The position numbers and the translations under genes were made by a program. Under the pieces are notes generated by a model. The model did not search any database and had not been told where the DNA came from. It saw only the letters and a program-made list of their open reading frames with translations. This document shows positions 12,846 through 25,846 of a DNA stretch of 64,000 bases, piece after piece. This DNA is from Hydrolagus colliei. Lineage: Eukaryota. Position 1 is the stretch's first letter, and each line of letters opens with the position of its first letter. The stretch spans positions 11,408,001 through 11,472,000 of the forward strand of contig CM068745.1 in the NCBI GenBank assembly GCA_035084275.1. Reading direction: 5' to 3'.

Positions 12846-13545
12846 GGAGGCGAAGGGAGAGAGGAAGGGAATTCCAGAGCCTCAGGGCGTAGTGGCTGAA
12901 GGCATGACCACCGAGGGTGGAGCGGAGGATTCGGGGGACACGGAGGAGGCCAGACCCGGTGCAGCGAAGGCAACGGATGCTGGTTTGAGGAGAGAGGAGG
13001 TCGGAGAGGTAGGGGAGTGCAGTGGACTGGAGGGATTTGAAAACAAGGGTGAGGATTTTGAAATCGATCCTTTCTGGGACAGGGAACCAGTGAAGTCTGG
13101 CAAGGACTGGGGTAATGGGTGAACGAAGTTTGATGTGGGTGAGAATGCAGGCTGCAGAGTTTTGAATGAGTTGGATTTTATTGATTGAAGTGGAGGGGAG
13201 ACCGGTGAGGAGGGCATTGGAATAGTCCAGCCGAGAGGTGACAAAGGCATGGACCAAGGTTTCAGTAGCTTTTAGGGCGAGATATTGCCAGAGACGGGCA
13301 ATCCGTCGGAGGTGGAAGAAAGCGGTGCTGGTGAGGGACTGGATGTGGGGGAGAAAAGACAGTTGAGGGTCGAGCCTGATGCCTAGGTTGCATATGGGTT
13401 CGGAGAGTTTTAGGGGCAGGCTGGGAAGGTGAAGGAGGTGAGAGCCGTGCAATTGGAGACATTGATGACAGCCAAAGAGTATGGCTTGTGTCTTGTCAAC
13501 ATTCAGCTGTAGGAAGTTCGCTCTCATCCAGCTCCTGATGTCTGA
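12846..13545 (-). mobile_element. L2 LINE fragment (ORF2 C-terminal region), same subfamily as 17829-19740
   Basis: ORF 12826-13557: DIRSWMRANFLQLNVDKT...SRLDYSN...LHWFPVPERIDFKIL; closely similar to 18870-19560. Confidence 0.93.
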
Positions 13546-13866
13546 CTCTCCTCGCAAGCAATAGACCTAGGTTTGCTTCCCAGCTGGGCGAAACATTGGA
13601 CAAGTTTCCTCACTCCATGTCTGCCTTGCAGTAAGTAGGAACCCGTTTTTTTGTTGATTGGCAGATTGCTTTTCTGGGAGTAATAATTCCTTCAAAAAAA
13701 ATAATATTAATTTTGTCACCCAATCCACTGCTGTGCGCAATTGGCTGCCACGTTTCGCTCACAAAATATACCGTCAATTCACTTTACAGTATATTCTGTG
13801 AAGCGTTTTGAGTAGTCTTGAAGAATTGAAAAGCGCTATATCAAATGCAGGGATTGTTCATTATTA
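13545..13866 (+). mobile_element. tRNA-derived SINE, long-body variant
   Basis: Partial head, extra internal segment (ttgcagtaagtagg...gttgattggcagat), standard body and tail. Confidence 0.8.
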
Positions 13867-15681
13867 TGTGCTTTCCAGAATGAGGGAAACAGGGAGAGAG
13901 TGCGCATCCCATTCCAACAATCTATCCTTGCAATTTCCATATGTAGATGTGATGTATGGAATTCTCAGCTTAGTTTGGATACTCTTAAGCATGGTGATGG
14001 GTTTCCGCATGTGTCAGACATCCGGCTGACCCCAAAAAAGGAGGCTGAAAATGAGGTCAGTCGTCAATGAGCCCCAAGATTCAACAGCGCTTGGCAAGTG
14101 AACTCAGCTGTGGCACCACAAGAGTTAACAGCCGCAAACAAATTTTAGAAAAGAATATCAGTTTCAATGCTCAAAGGTCAACCTACATCAAAGAGACTCA
14201 GTGAAACGAACAGAAGCACTCAGACCACGGGAGCACACACCAATGTCCAGGGTGTTCGTTCATGAAGAAACTCAAAGCAGACAAATGGGCAGTAATACTC
14301 ATGATAAGTCGCAGCTAACAGCTGGAATTCTGATTAACATTCATCAGCATTGTTCCTGCACTTTATGATGAATTTCTTGCGGTTCATTCCCTCAGACACC
14401 TGGAATCGAAATTTCACTTAGTCTTACATTTATGACCATAGTGCGGTTAAACAGAATAATTTGGGGCCTTTTAAAGCCACAGGCTTTTAGGAAGGGAGTT
14501 TCAGAGGGTAGAGGCATAATCGTTGAATGCTTGACCACTAATAGCAGTGACAGGAGGTGAGGGATGCACATCGGGTCCAAATAAGTTGAATATTTACATA
14601 TTGAGCAATCATTCAGTATGGCAAACAAAACAGCATGGAGCAGTTATAAATTGCTTTGAGCAGGATGTCAATATCAGTTTCTAAAGTCCTTGAAGCATGT
14701 GCAGAAAATTATTTGCTTAATATTTCAAAGAATGCATTGGGTGTCAACTAAAGCCATTGAACAGATGCCTCCAGGAAAGTGCTGCCAAGTTACACAAAGA
14801 CTCATCATATATGGCCGTATCTTCCACGCAAAGTTCCATCAAATGTATAGACGAGTGCACTGTCAGCCTGAGGGCACATGTCAACTGAAGTGTCTCTTTC
14901 CTAACATATCAGAGCTTTGTAGAAGAGGTTATGCACCTGCTTAAAGAATGCCACTGACATTCTGGAGACACCCAGAAACTTAATTGGATCTGCACTCCAG
15001 TTATTCTCAGGATGTGGCATCCTGTATTGGGAAATGCACAGCAGTTGGCTATTATAGTGGCTATACAGTTGGCTATCATTATATTATAAATGCGCTTTTG
15101 TGTATTGTGAGTGCATCAGAATCAATCCTGTTGCTTCCAAAGCAGATATTAGATACCCTCCCAGTATCTGACACAAAAGCCTATTATTCACACATAAGAT
15201 TTGACATCTCAGGAAACCATTCAACAGTTGGAGATATGGTAGGCAAGTCCATGGAGCCCTCACCAGCAAACAACACAAGTACACTTCCAGTAAAGGTCTC
15301 CATTTTATGAATTTTATGAGAGAGGCTATCAGCAAGAGTCCTTGCTGATAGCCTCTCTCTCAGTCAGTAGAATTATTACCTCCCTCCCTCCTTCGGGGTC
15401 TGTCACCAACTATAACAATCCTACTGCATTTTAGACAAAAAAAACTAAAGCATGGTGCACCTCTACTTTCCTGTACTATGTGTAGTTTGACAACTGTGTT
15501 GTAAATTAACTACCTTTGCTGGTTGGAACATCTGTGTGTTCTCTTTGAACCTGTATCATTGGCATTTTTCTCTCTCTAAGTATAACAATGTAAACAATCA
15601 TATAATTGGTTAGTATCATATATTGTGAAATTAGAATTTCTATGTGCTGAATCATTGACGACTAAATGACTGTGTGGTGCA

Positions 15682-15925
15682 GTAATAATAATAATCATAA
15701 TCCTTACGTTTGATATAGCACCTTATAACATCTTTGAGACGTCTCAAAGCGCTTCACAGAATATACTGTAAAGTGAATTGATGGTATACTTTGTGGGTGA
15801 AACGTGGCAGCCAATTGCACACAGCAGTGTCCCACAGACAGTCGTGGATTGAAATGACCAATTTTTATTATTGTGTTGTTTTTTTTGACGGATTATTATT
15901 AGGCGTGTGGCATAAGGAAACTTAA
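15682..15925 (-). mobile_element. 5'-truncated SINE (same family)
   Basis: Tail and body present; ends at the aaggaaactt segment. Confidence 0.85.
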
Positions 15926-17828
15926 GTAAGGATAGGATAGACTGTGTATTTTGTGAGCGAAATAACTAATAAATACGTGATTCGAAAAAATAATCCACGT
16001 GTGAACCATGGCCACAAATCTATTAGGAAAAACAACAATTAACTACGTACTGTATTAGGAAAAACAAATAGTCCCAAGTGTCCCTTGGACAAGTGAGAAA
16101 CAAATCCACTCAAATTTCCCAATTCTGATGACTCTGTATTGATTCCTACAAGGAAAGTTTGCTATTGTGATGTCAGATGTCTGTCGGAATAAGCCCAGTA
16201 TACCAAGAATCAATTGTCCACTGATACTCATGATAGAGACTTCGAGATGAATAATAATGATTATTATTGTATTATATAACTGCCTTTCACATCAGGAGGA
16301 TATCTCAACGAGCTTCACTTGATTTACTGTGTAATTACGGGTAAGCATGACAGCCAAATTGCACAAAGCAATGTTTCACACATAGCTATTAAGTAAATGG
16401 CCAATTTAACTGTGGATTGTTCGCCAGAACATTGGGAGAAATGTTCAACCAGCGCCACGGGATCTTTGACATCCACCTGAAGGGACAGTCCTATCCAGGG
16501 TTTACCATCTCATCTGAAGGACAGGAAATCTGACAATGCAGTGCTGCTCTAACAACGCAATGCTCTATTCCTTCCGCATCGTCCTCGACTCTGAGTTCAA
16601 AGTTCAGTTGCAGAGCAGGAATCACAGAAGTGATTCAGAGGTGACTATACAACCAAGTGATCCAGCTGACTGCTAGTGGCTACTGGATGAGAGGTATATA
16701 CTAAGACCAATAGAGTTGTATCCAGCAACAGTAACCAGCACTTTTAGCACCAAGGGTTAGAACAGGAAGAAACTCGTAAAAATTGTATCCCCTAAACATT
16801 TACACCCAATTTGCCAAGTCCATGATAACCTGTTTATAACCTATTTTTCAACTTGTTGATGAAGTCTATCTATCAAACCTAATGGGATTGAAGCTTATTA
16901 GGTGATGATACATTTTGAATATTTGAAAAAGTGTTTTTAAGCAGCATTTTTAAATGCCAGTCCTGCGGAGTCGTGACAACATCATTAAAGGAACTGCTCT
17001 GTTATGTTACCACCAATCAATTTATTGACACTGAATGCAGGGCCCATGGTGCTTACAAACGTAACTAGACTTGATTTTCTGTCTTATTATTACTGCTATG
17101 GCGGTAAATTGTGCAATATATTGGTATCTAGTTAACAACAGTGCTCAATTTAGTGGCGTTATGGTATTTAACATGTTAATTCCAGAATACTGGAAGTGGA
17201 ACTCTTCCCTATCCACAACCCTGAATAACATCCTCAGAGACTGCTTTTATAAACTGGCACCAAGCCTCTATCTTGCAGTTCACAACGTTCAACTTTTGGA
17301 AAACAAGGAATGAGCTTAACTGAAAAAAAAATTAAGAATAGAGCCATTTTTACAACCACAATTTGCATTTATATAGCAGTCTTCAAGTAGGATAACATCT
17401 TGGAGTTCTTCACAACGATGGAGATGGACACTGAGCAAGAGGAATGGGAAGGTGACTTTAAGCCTGGTCAGGTAGAGTACGTTTTAGAGGTTCTAGGGGC
17501 ATAATAACAAAATAATTAACCATCAATGGGTAGCACTCAGGAAGGCTATCACATGTGAAGGGCACTTTATAAATGCAAGTTGTTGTTGTGTAGAGGAAGC
17601 AAGGTTCATGTAGCAGACCTCAATTAGCTGAGCAAACAAAGTGGAGGAAAGAGTAGGATGGAGATCAAAAAGATAGTGAGGTGCTAGGCTTAAAGGAATT
17701 TAAAGGTGAGGGTGAGGATCTTGAAGTTGTGTTGGGAGACAAGGAGATATTGGATCCTGTGGAGGACTATGGTGGTAGGAGTGCAGTTTATATAGAATTA
17801 GGATAATGAATCTTAGTTCAACAATCTC

Positions 17829-19740
17829 AAACGACAACCCCAAAGTCCTCTTTTCCACCACCTCCTCCGCGCACCCCCTCAGGCCTCCTCAATCTTCACT
17901 TCAAATGCGAAGTGCGAGGAGGTCATGGACTTCTTTTCTTCCAAGATCCACAACATCCGCCAGGCAGCGTCATCCTCCAGCCTCTCATCTCCCACTACCA
18001 CCCTCACCCCATCCCCCTCACCTCCCCACCTTCAGCTCCTACCTCGACCCCCTTCCTACACTCCTTCTCCCCTGTCTCTCCTTCCTCCCTCTCACGCACT
18101 CTCACCTCTATGAGGCCAACAACCTGCTGCCTCGATCCCATCCCCACTAACCTACTGCTCACCCAATGCCCCCTCCTCTGTCCACTGTTGGCTGATATCA
18201 TCAACCAGTCCCTCTCCTCTGGATCAGTCCCTGCCCCCCTCAAAACTGCCGTCATCACCCCCCTCCTTAAAAAACCCTCCCTAGATCCCTCAAACCCCAG
18301 CCACTACCGCCCTATCTCAAACCTGCCCTTCCTCTCAAAAGCACTGGAACGTGTTGTCGCAAACCAACTCCGCACCCACCTCTCCTCCCACTCCCTCTTC
18401 GAACCCCTCCAGTCCGGTTTCCGCCCTGCCCACAGTACAGAGACTGCGCTTGTGAAAGTCACAATCGATGTCCTCTCTATCTGTGACCAGGGTTCCCTCT
18501 GCCTCCTTATCCTCCTGGACCTGTCGGCTGCCTTTGACACAGTCGACCACGCCATCCTCCTCCACCGCCTGTCCTCCGCCATCCACCTCAGTGGGACCGC
18601 ACTCGCCTGGTTCGAGTCCTACCTCACAAACCGCCAGCAGTACATCTGCACAAATGGTTTTTCCTCCCGCACTCACCCAGTTACCTGCGGGGTACCCCAG
18701 GGATCCATCCTTGGCCCCCTCCTTTTCCTCATCTACACTCTTCCTCTTGGGGATGTGATCCGCAGACATGGGGCACAATTCCACATGTACGCGGATGACA
18801 CGCAACTCTATCTCTCCACTTCACTTTGTGACCTCCAGTCCCCCGATGTTCTGTCAGCCTGCCTTTCGGACATCAGGGGCTGGATGAGCACTAATTTCTG
18901 CAGCTGAATGTTGACAAGACGGAGGCCATACTCCTTGGCTCTCGTCAACGTCTCCATTCGCACGGCTCTCACCTCCTCCACCTTCCCGGCCTGCCCCTAA
19001 AACTCACCGAACCTGTGCGCAACCTTGGCATCAGGTTCGAACCCCAACTGTCCTTCCTCCCCCACATCCGGTCCTTCACAAGCACTGCCTTCTACCACCT
19101 CCGACGGATCGCCTGTCTCCGGCAATACCTCACCTTAAAAGCCGCCGAAACCTTGGTCCATGCCTTTGTCACCTCTCGGCTGGACTATTGCAACGCCTTC
19201 CTCACCGGTCTCCCCTCCACCACAATCCACAAAATCCAGCTTATCCAGAACTCTGCTGCCCGCATACTCACCCACTCTAAGCTTTGCTTCCCCATTACCC
19301 CAGTCCTTGCCAGACTTCACTGGCTCCCTGTCCCAGAGAGGATCGACTTCAAGATCCTCACACTTGTTTTCAAATCCCTCCACTCCTCTGCACCCCCCTA
19401 TCTCTCTGATCTCCTCTCCCCACAATCCAGCACCCGCTGCCTTTGTACCTCTGGGTCTGGCCTCCTCCATGTCCCCCGAGTCCTCCGCTCCACCCTCGGC
19501 GGCCGTGCCTTTAGCCACTACGCCCCGAGGCTCTGGAACTCCCTTCCTCACTCGCTTCGCCTTGCCCCCTCTTTTCCCAGTTTCAGGTCACAGTTGAAGA
19601 CCTTTCTCTTCGACCGAGCTTTTGGTCACCTTCCTGACCCTGCTCCTGGCTCGGTCCCGGGATCCGCTACTGTGAAGTGCTCTGAGACGCCGTCTGGCGT
19701 GGAGGGCGCTATATAAATCAAAGTTGTTGTTGTTGTTGTA
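17829..19740 (+). mobile_element. 5'-truncated L2-clade LINE: RT domain, C-terminus, 3' stem-loop and (TTG)n tail
   Basis: ORFs 17912-18907 and 19015-19716 contain YRPISNLPFLSK, QSGFR, LLDLSAAFDTVDH, GVPQGSILGP, YADDTQLY, SRLDYCN and LHWLPV. One apparent 1-nt deletion near 18898 splits the ORF. Tail GTTGTTGTT ends near 19739. Confidence 0.95.
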
Positions 19741-22700
19741 GTAACTTGTGAGCCTGGCTTACTTAGTAACAGGGTTGCCTCTGCCTGCCTCAGAAGCCCA
19801 GTTCTGTGAGTGAAAGTTTGGGCTGGCATCGTGGTGCAATTTGCTGAGAGTTCTTCATTGTCAGAGGTGCTCTAGTTGAGATGTTAAACTGAAGACCCAT
19901 CTGCCAGAGTTGGTGAAGATTCACAAATCCATTCAAAATCGGAAAATATTTTCTCCCAGGTTTTCTGACCAACAATCCTCCAGATAAATCAAATATTAAC
20001 CTTACTGTTTGTGGAACATCGCTCTGCACACATTCGCCCACAAATACAGTCACTATTAATAGTAAATTACTGTAAAGCACTTGCGATGCTTCAAGCTGAA
20101 TTGAGATGCAGACTGTGTGGTGCTCTGGTCAGTAGCTGTGTATAGTTCTGCTCACTGTGACAGAAGGAGGTTGCACAGACCCAGGCAGTGCGGAACAGAG
20201 CAATAAGATTCATCACCAGCTTTGGAGGAATCAGCCATGCCATGAGTAAATATTAGGCAACTTAAGGCTCTTCAATTAGGTTCCCTCCAAGAAAAGGGAT
20301 GTCTCAGAGGAAACTGTATTGATTTAAAAAAATATTAACAATAATAACAAGCCTTGCATTTGATGTAGCACTTTTTCACATCTAGACTCAAAGCGCTTCA
20401 CAGAATATACTGTAAAGTGAATTGACTGTATATTTTGTAGGCAAAACACGGCAGCCAATTGCTGCACAGCAGTGTACCACAAACAGAATTATTCATTGCA
20501 AGAATTATTCATTTTTATTATGATTTATCTTTCAATAATTTTCTTTTCTTTTTCTTTCATCTGTTCTCCGGGAGCCAATTTCAGCATGATGTAGATGCGG
20601 CACTTTCAAACGTTTATTAAGGGAGACATCTACTCTATTTAATTCAGTTTAACTGCAATGCAATTACAAATTAGCATTACAGTGAATGGAATCTTAAACC
20701 CATAGCAAGGAATAAATAGATGTGCGTGCAGATTTCTTGTCGAAACACAAGTTATGTGTCAAATCTTCTCAGATTCGAGAAACTTGCATCAGATGAAAGC
20801 TACTGTTAATGTGAATGCACAAACATGTAGGTGACAGTACTTGTTAGCACCAAGTTGCGTGCCTGCCTCATTACTGTGGACTGTCAGCAGAAAGAATCCA
20901 ATGTGACAGGAGGTTCATGCTCTCTGCAAGATACAAACGTACTAATCCATGAAAGCTATTGATAATTCATGAATTCAAGACACATTTCAGGAGCTCATAC
21001 TGGGACAGCAAGTCCAAGAGTGTAAACAAGCAGCAACTATCTTTATAGACTGAACAAGAGTCTCATGTTATGCTGTGGATGGAACTCCTATCCCTTTGCT
21101 TCTGCGGGGCAAAACATGCGATACGTGATGTGATAATTGTCACATGTGAATAAAACATGGCTGTTTTGTGCCCTGTCCATAATGGTAGGTTTTGAACTAA
21201 ACACAGCAAGAAGTTGCATTTATATATCACCCGAAAGCCTTCAATGGCCTTGCCCCACCTACCTCTGTAACCTCCTAACCCTCTACCAACCTGCCCGTTC
21301 CCTCCGCTCAATGGGCTCCAGCATGCTCCATGTGCCCACCCCATCCACGCCACCATCAGTGGGCGAACCTACTGCCACTCTGCCCCCAACCGTTAGAATT
21401 CCATCCGCAATCTCTCCGCATTGTCCCCTCCCTAGCCTCCTTCAAGTTCCACATCAAGACCCTCCTCTTCGACTGTGCCATTGGTCACCACCCTTCCCCT
21501 CCGTTGTTGTTCACAGGATTTACTGTAAAGTATAGTAACTGTGTATTTTGTAGATGAATATAACAAACGATTTGTACAAAGCAACGTCCCACAAGCAGCC
21601 ATAAACTGAATGACCAATCTTAACTAGGGCACTGTTGGCCAGGATACCAGGACAATCTCACTTCTCCTTTCAGATTACTATCTTCTGAAGAAGTGTGAAT
21701 TCCACAGGATGTTCGGATTCCATACTATAAGAAATCACAAAAAAATGATTTCAAAATTCAGACTGAAGTGGCATCACAAGGTATTGTACAAAACTCCACA
21801 ATATTCATTCATTCTCACATTTCTATCCAATCTAGCCCTACATCCTGAAATAGTCTAACATTTATGATTGGCAGGATTTTAAAAAATATTTAAAATTATG
21901 TTTATTTTTTTTCAGTGATGTGTTTGATGGTGTATCTAGTCCAATGTTGGACCAGATTTGCTAGATTTAGAAAAGAAATGGTTGAATAGAAAACAGAGAG
22001 AAACAAGACTTTCGCTGACCTTCGCTGTCTTTCCATGTTACGTCAGTTTAGTGTGACTTTCTTCAAAGAATAATTTGCACACAACATTTCAATGCTAAAC
22101 TTCACCATAACCTACTGAACACAAAACATTGCTTCAAATGCACGAGTGTGTCAAATTTGAATTATTATTTGCTGTCATTCTTCCAACATCAAATCATTTA
22201 TATAACTATACCTTTTCGATGGCAATGTTACATTTTCTGTCACCCTCAAATGCCTACTAATGACTCTGTGTTGTACATCTCCCCATGTGGCTATTAAATT
22301 ATAGTGAATGGAAAACAGCCCTTTGATTTCACTCCATTGCAAGTTTCCCACTTGTCAGTCAACTAATGATTGTTAGTGTTCAATGCTGATTGTAAGGAGA
22401 AATTCTTCATACAGACTAAAAATGCCCTCTCTTCCCGTGGCTGCAAGAGTTAATGCTTAGAGCACAGCACCAGGTTATGCTTGATAGCTTTGCTTTCTTG
22501 AAATAAAATAAACTTATCTCCTTTGGACATTGTACCACAGGCTCAGGTAGCTGAACAAGTAATGTAATAACATTGATTTTATCTCATTGTTACTGTCCTT
22601 CTTAAAATTCCCTGGTGCATGTCTTGTAGAACTCACGTGGTATTGTCACAAGAATGGTAAAATAATACCTTTTAGGGGATTGACTATTATGGGCACAAGC

Positions 22701-23489
22701 AAAAAAAAATTGCTTTGAACTACTTTATAGCACCTTTCCCATCATGAAATGTAATTTGTTGTTGTTGTTATAATATATCAAATATGCACTAAAATGCATG
22801 TTGGTCTTACAACTGAATATAATGGGTCATTTCAGGTCCTAGATGGATTGCGGTTCCATTATGTATAAAAGTAAACCTTGGGATCTAATATAGAGTATTT
22901 CTTAATGTGATTCATTATTAAGGAATCCAATTTCAATTCCTTGCTGTTGGCCCCAAGGGAGCTCCTGTCAGAGACAGTTTGTGTCAGAGTGCAGGTCAGT
23001 GTGATGTATTGCTTACGAGAAGGAATTCCTATTTACGCATCTCAGATTCTTTCTTGAGGAATTCCATTACAACAATCCAAGGGTTGTCTGGCTGTATGAA
23101 AGTATCTTAAGGATTGTATGCCCAACAAACTCCAGTGGCTCAAACCACAACCAAATCAACTCAATTTTCTCATCAAATAATAGATAATAATAATCATCCT
23201 TGCATGTGAAATAACACCTTATCACATCATAAGGACATCTCTAAATGCCTCACAGGATTTTACTGTAAAACATTATTGCATTTTGGAGCGAATGCACCAC
23301 CTAATATCCTACAAACAGCCACAAAGTGAGTGATCCATCTTATCTGGGGGATTGTTGGTGGTCAGAATATTGTGAAAAACTGTCTTCTCTTTTTGAACAG
23401 TGTAATGACATCTTTAACATCCATCTGAACTGGCAGATGGGACCTCAGTTTAAAATCTCATCCAAAGGATGGCAGATCACATCTGCCAG

Positions 23490-24570
23490 ACACATGGCAG
23501 GTGAAGTTTAATACAGAGAAGTGTGAGGTGATACACTTTGGGAGAAGAAATGAGGGGAGGCAATATAGGCTAGATAGTAAAATTTTAAAGTGTGTGAAGG
23601 AACAGAGAGACCTGGGGATTTGTGTTAGTGACTCCTTGAAAGTAGCAGGACAGGTAGACAAAGCTGTTAAGAAGGCATTTGGGATACTAGGCTTTATAAA
23701 TAGGGCTTTATAAATGTGGAATTCCATCCCCCAATCCCTCCGTCTTGTTTCTTCCCTTTCCTCTTTCAAGGCTGGTTTGAAGAATTTCCTCTTCGACCGT
23801 GCCTTTTGTTCCCCCCCCCACGAATTTCTCGACCTCCCCTACGTGTTTCACCCCTTCCCGAACACTCCCCTCCCAGTTCGGGTCACACGCCTCCTGTGCA
23901 GCGCCTTGGGACGTCCTCCCGACGTGAAAGGCGCTTTATAAGTTTAAGTTGTTGTTGTTGTATAGAATACAAAAGTCAGGAAGTGCTGATTAACCTCTAT
24001 AAGACTTGGTTAGGCCTCAGCTGGAGTACTGTGTACAATTCCGGTCACCACATTTTAGGAAGGATATTAAGGCATTGGAAAGGGTGCAGAGGAGATTTAC
24101 TAGGATGGTACCAGGAATGAGGGACTTCAGCTACGAGGAAAGGCTAGAAAGGCTAGGCTTATTCTCTCTAGAACAAAGAAGATTGAGAGGAGACCTGATA
24201 GAGGTTTATAAGATTATGAGAGGTTTCGACAGGGTGAATAGGGAAAGACTGTTTCCACTGGTGGCCGAATCAGTGACTCGTGGTCACAGATTTAAAATGG
24301 TTTCAAAACAAAGCAGAGGGGAGCTGAGGAGAAACTTTTTCACTCAGCGAGTTGTTCAAATCTGGAATGCATTGCCTGAAAAGGTGGTGAAGGCAGATTC
24401 CATAACAGCTTTTAAAAGGGAACTAGATCCTTATTTAGGAAGAGCAGGTCTGTTAGGTTATGGGGAGAGAGCTGGGTAGTGGGATTGAATTGCTCGTTTC
24501 AAAGAGCTGGCACAGACTAGATGGGCCGAATGGCCTCCTTTTGTGCCATAAAATTCTATGATTCTATGAT
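23490..24570 (+). mobile_element. CR1-clade LINE 3' fragment, interrupted by an L2 insertion
   Basis: KFNTEKCEVIHFG...EQRDLG...KAFGILGFINR (23501-23713) resumes as IEYKSQEV...VRPQLEYCVQFRSPH...LERVQRRFTRM...RRLRGDLIEVYKI...TRGH (23962-24479). CR1-type (TTCTATGA)n tail at about 24554-24570. Confidence 0.93.
23713..23961 (+). mobile_element. Young L2 3' end nested in the CR1
   Basis: WNSIPQSLRLVSSLSSFKAGLKNFLFDRAF, then stem-loop gcgcctt..acgtc/gacgt..aaggcgc and (TTG)n tail. Confidence 0.92.
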
Positions 24571-25199
24571 GATAATTCTAACAATACAACACTTCCCCAG
24601 CACTGCATTGGCAGGCCAGATTCTGAGTTTAGTAGTCTCAATATGGGATTTGAACCTGCATCCTTGTGATTCAGTGACCTACCAACTGAAAAAAAGGATG
24701 AGAATCTTGAGTTTGATCTACTGGGAGATGGGAGCCTGATGATGGTAGGAGTGCTTACAGAGTCTTCTCTATGAGAGGACCCGGGCTGCACAGTTCCACA
24801 TGGTTTGCAACTTGTGTGGGAGGATCTGAAGAGACTGCAAAGCAGGCCATTGGGATAATCAAACCTGGAGTTGTTGTAGGCAATAGCTATTATAATCACC
24901 AAATTTAAATACAAGGGTCCATTAAGTTGTCAGCAGTGGCGCTTTTAAATATGAGCACAGAATGCATAATTCATTAATGAAGCACACTCGTTACATGCTA
25001 CAGTGACTGGCATAGATAGGCACTTAGCTCTGTTTTGGTCTGACGTCGTAATCATTGGAGTCTGACCAAGACTGATGCAGGTTCCAACTCCGATGTGCAC
25101 TTGCCTTTTTTTCATACAATTTCAGAGCATACATAAATCATCAAATCATTATATTTACACTGAATTTTGAAGCCAGTTTCCTGGGGTTATTAAAATAAC

Positions 25200-25846
25200 T
25201 ATCTTGGTTAGAACACTTCATTCACAAGCGAGAGGAGCTGGGTTTGAATCCTGGCTAGGGCAAAACCTTAGGCAAGTTTCTATACTCTATACACCTTTCC
25301 TTCCCTTGCAGTCAGTAGAAAACAGGTATTGGTTGATTGGCAGATCATTTTTCTGGAGGTAATAATCCCTTCAATTAATCAAATAAATAATTTGGCTACT
25401 CAATCCACGAGTGTTTGTGGAATTGGCTGCCACATTTTGTCCCACAAAATATATAGTCAATTCACTTTACAGTATACAGTATTCTGTGGACTTCTCAATA
25501 GCGTGACAATGTGTGTATATCAAATTTAAGGATAATAATAATCATACTTGCATTTGATATAGTGCTTTTCACGTCTTCTAGACGTCTCAAAGCGCTTCAC
25601 AGAATGTACTGTAAAGTGAATTGACTGTACAGTTGTGGGCGAAACGTGGCAGCCAATTGCTCACAGCAGTATTCCACAAACAGTCGTGGATTGAAATTAC
25701 CAATTTCTTCTAGGGTTTTTTTTACATCGATTATTATTAGGGAGTAAGGAAACTTGCCCAAGGTTTCACACTGACCTGCCTGGATTCGAAACACAAGTGT
25801 CACGCTTGTAAGGCGAGTGCTCTCACCACTGAGCTACAGGACTCCA
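25200..25846. mobile_element. Tail-to-tail SINE pair (+ copy about 25200-25530; - copy about 25533-25846)
   Basis: Both copies have a tRNA head, body and tail, in opposite orientation and directly abutting. Confidence 0.85.

Noticed and set aside
14690-15310. Possible tyrosine-recombinase (DIRS/Crypton) remnant (GYYSGY..., KAYYSHIR)
   Set aside because: The catalytic HSxRxG and GRW motifs are absent; the similarity is too weak to call without a profile search.
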